Shown piece after piece: positions 63,299 to 64,000 of a DNA stretch of 64,000 nt. This DNA comes from Clostridia bacterium (GTDB lineage Bacteria; Bacillota; Clostridia; Christensenellales; Borkfalkiaceae). The notes below the pieces were generated by a model, which ran no database searches, had not been told where the DNA came from, and worked only from the letters and a program-made list of their open reading frames with translations. Positions within the stretch are counted from its first letter, which is position 1. Each line of letters opens with the position of its first letter. Made by a program: the position numbers and the translations under genes. The stretch lies in NCBI GenBank assembly GCA_017462985.1, contig JAFTQB010000014.1:26071-90070 (forward strand), read 5' to 3'.

Positions 63299-64000
63299 TC
63301 AAATCGCTACCATTTGCACGAGCGCAAACGCCGCGTAAACGATTACCGTCGCAAACAGCGTTCCGTCGATCCGATCGAGAATACCGCCGTGACCGGGCAT
63401 GATATCTCCCATATCTTTCAAGCCCCTATGCCGCTTGATCGCGCTTTCCACAAGATCTCCAAAAGCGGTGGCAAGGCTCGCCAAAACCCCGATAACGATA
63501 TAGATGGGTAGCCAAATATACATATGCACGAAGTTGCCGAAAATTGCGTTATTGACGAAAATCGCATGGTAGACGAAGTAGATCAGCACCGCGCCGATCG
63601 CACCGCCCACGAGTCCGCCGATAAAGCCGATCACCGTTTTATTCGGGCTGATCGTCGGCGCAAGCTTTTTGGGGAATTTCTTTTTCAAGCCCATTCCGAA
63701 GAAGAACGCAACCATATCCGACACGGGAGAAATGGTGAAAATAAACATGATCGCGAGGTTGGAATTGAATTGCATTTGCTGCAAGTCCTCGGACGAGCTA
63801 ATAAATTTATCCCCCCAAAGCGGCGTATCGCCGAAATGGTTGGCAAGCACCAAAAGGCAAATGAGAAGCGCAGGATACACCGCGCAAACGAGGGACGCGC
63901 CGATATTTTCAAGCGTAGATTCCTCGTGCTTGAATACGAGCAACGAAAGCAACGAAATGACGAGCGCAAAGAAGCAGATCGCCGTAAAATGCACGCCGTA
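63299..64000 (-). CDS. cdsA: Phosphatidate cytidylyltransferase CdsA (the N-terminus probably lies beyond the window edge)
   Basis: GDLVESAIKRHRGLKDMGDIMPGHGGILDRIDG is the CdsA signature. The ORF is open to the window end. Confidence 0.9.
   Translation of the reverse strand, partial: YGVHFTAICFFALVISLLSLLVFKHEESTLENIGASLVCAVYPALLICLLVLANHFGDTPLWGDKFISSSEDLQQMQFNSNLAIMFIFTISPVSDMVAFFFGMGLKKKFPKKLAPTISPNKTVIGFIGGLVGGAIGAVLIYFVYHAIFVNNAIFGNFVHMYIWLPIYIVIGVLASLATAFGDLVESAIKRHRGLKDMGDIMPGHGGILDRIDGTLFATVIVYAAFALVQMVAI

Overview
This is a 64-kb chromosomal window from a Clostridia-like Firmicute. The taxon is inferred from gene content and order only: tgt-yajC-SCIFF-secDF-recJ-relA, dprA-topA-trmFO-hslVU-hisS-trxA, ylxM-ffh-rpsP-KH-rimM and cdsA-dxr-rseP. 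About 85% of the window is densely packed housekeeping genes, mostly on the minus strand: pnp, rpsO, relA, recJ, secDF, tgt, topA, hslVU, hisS, ffh, rplS, dxr and others. I saw no rRNA, tRNA, CRISPR or cas genes. Features absent from the ORF track are a 50-aa SCIFF ribosomal peptide precursor next to its radical-SAM maturase, a TPP riboswitch ahead of a double-length ThiT, many sigma-70-type promoters and intrinsic terminators, and a frameshifted mutY. The most unusual content lies in intergenic DNA. A composite palindromic element occurs at three loci (26.1, 32.6 and 36.2 kb). It is built from phased GTGAATTG octamers, each followed by a different private hairpin, then a long central hairpin, then the mirror-image hairpin+CAATTCAC arm. 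The most complete copy sits between a near-consensus promoter and a terminator, divergent from an XRE regulator gene and upstream of duplicated ABC-2 transporter modules. I do not recognise this element as any named family. One copy was split by a roughly 3-kb, compositionally foreign insertion. That insertion carries an IS3-family remnant and a BspA-type LRR lipoprotein and is flanked by 570-615-bp direct repeats. Other accessory points are an XRE repressor with three identical 16-bp operators bracketing a consensus promoter for an unknown membrane-anchored protein, a stand-alone degenerate FtsK-like pseudo-ATPase translationally coupled to mutY, and an amino-acid ABC ATPase with a roughly 69-aa insertion. 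All functional calls rest on my reading of translated motifs; no database search was run.
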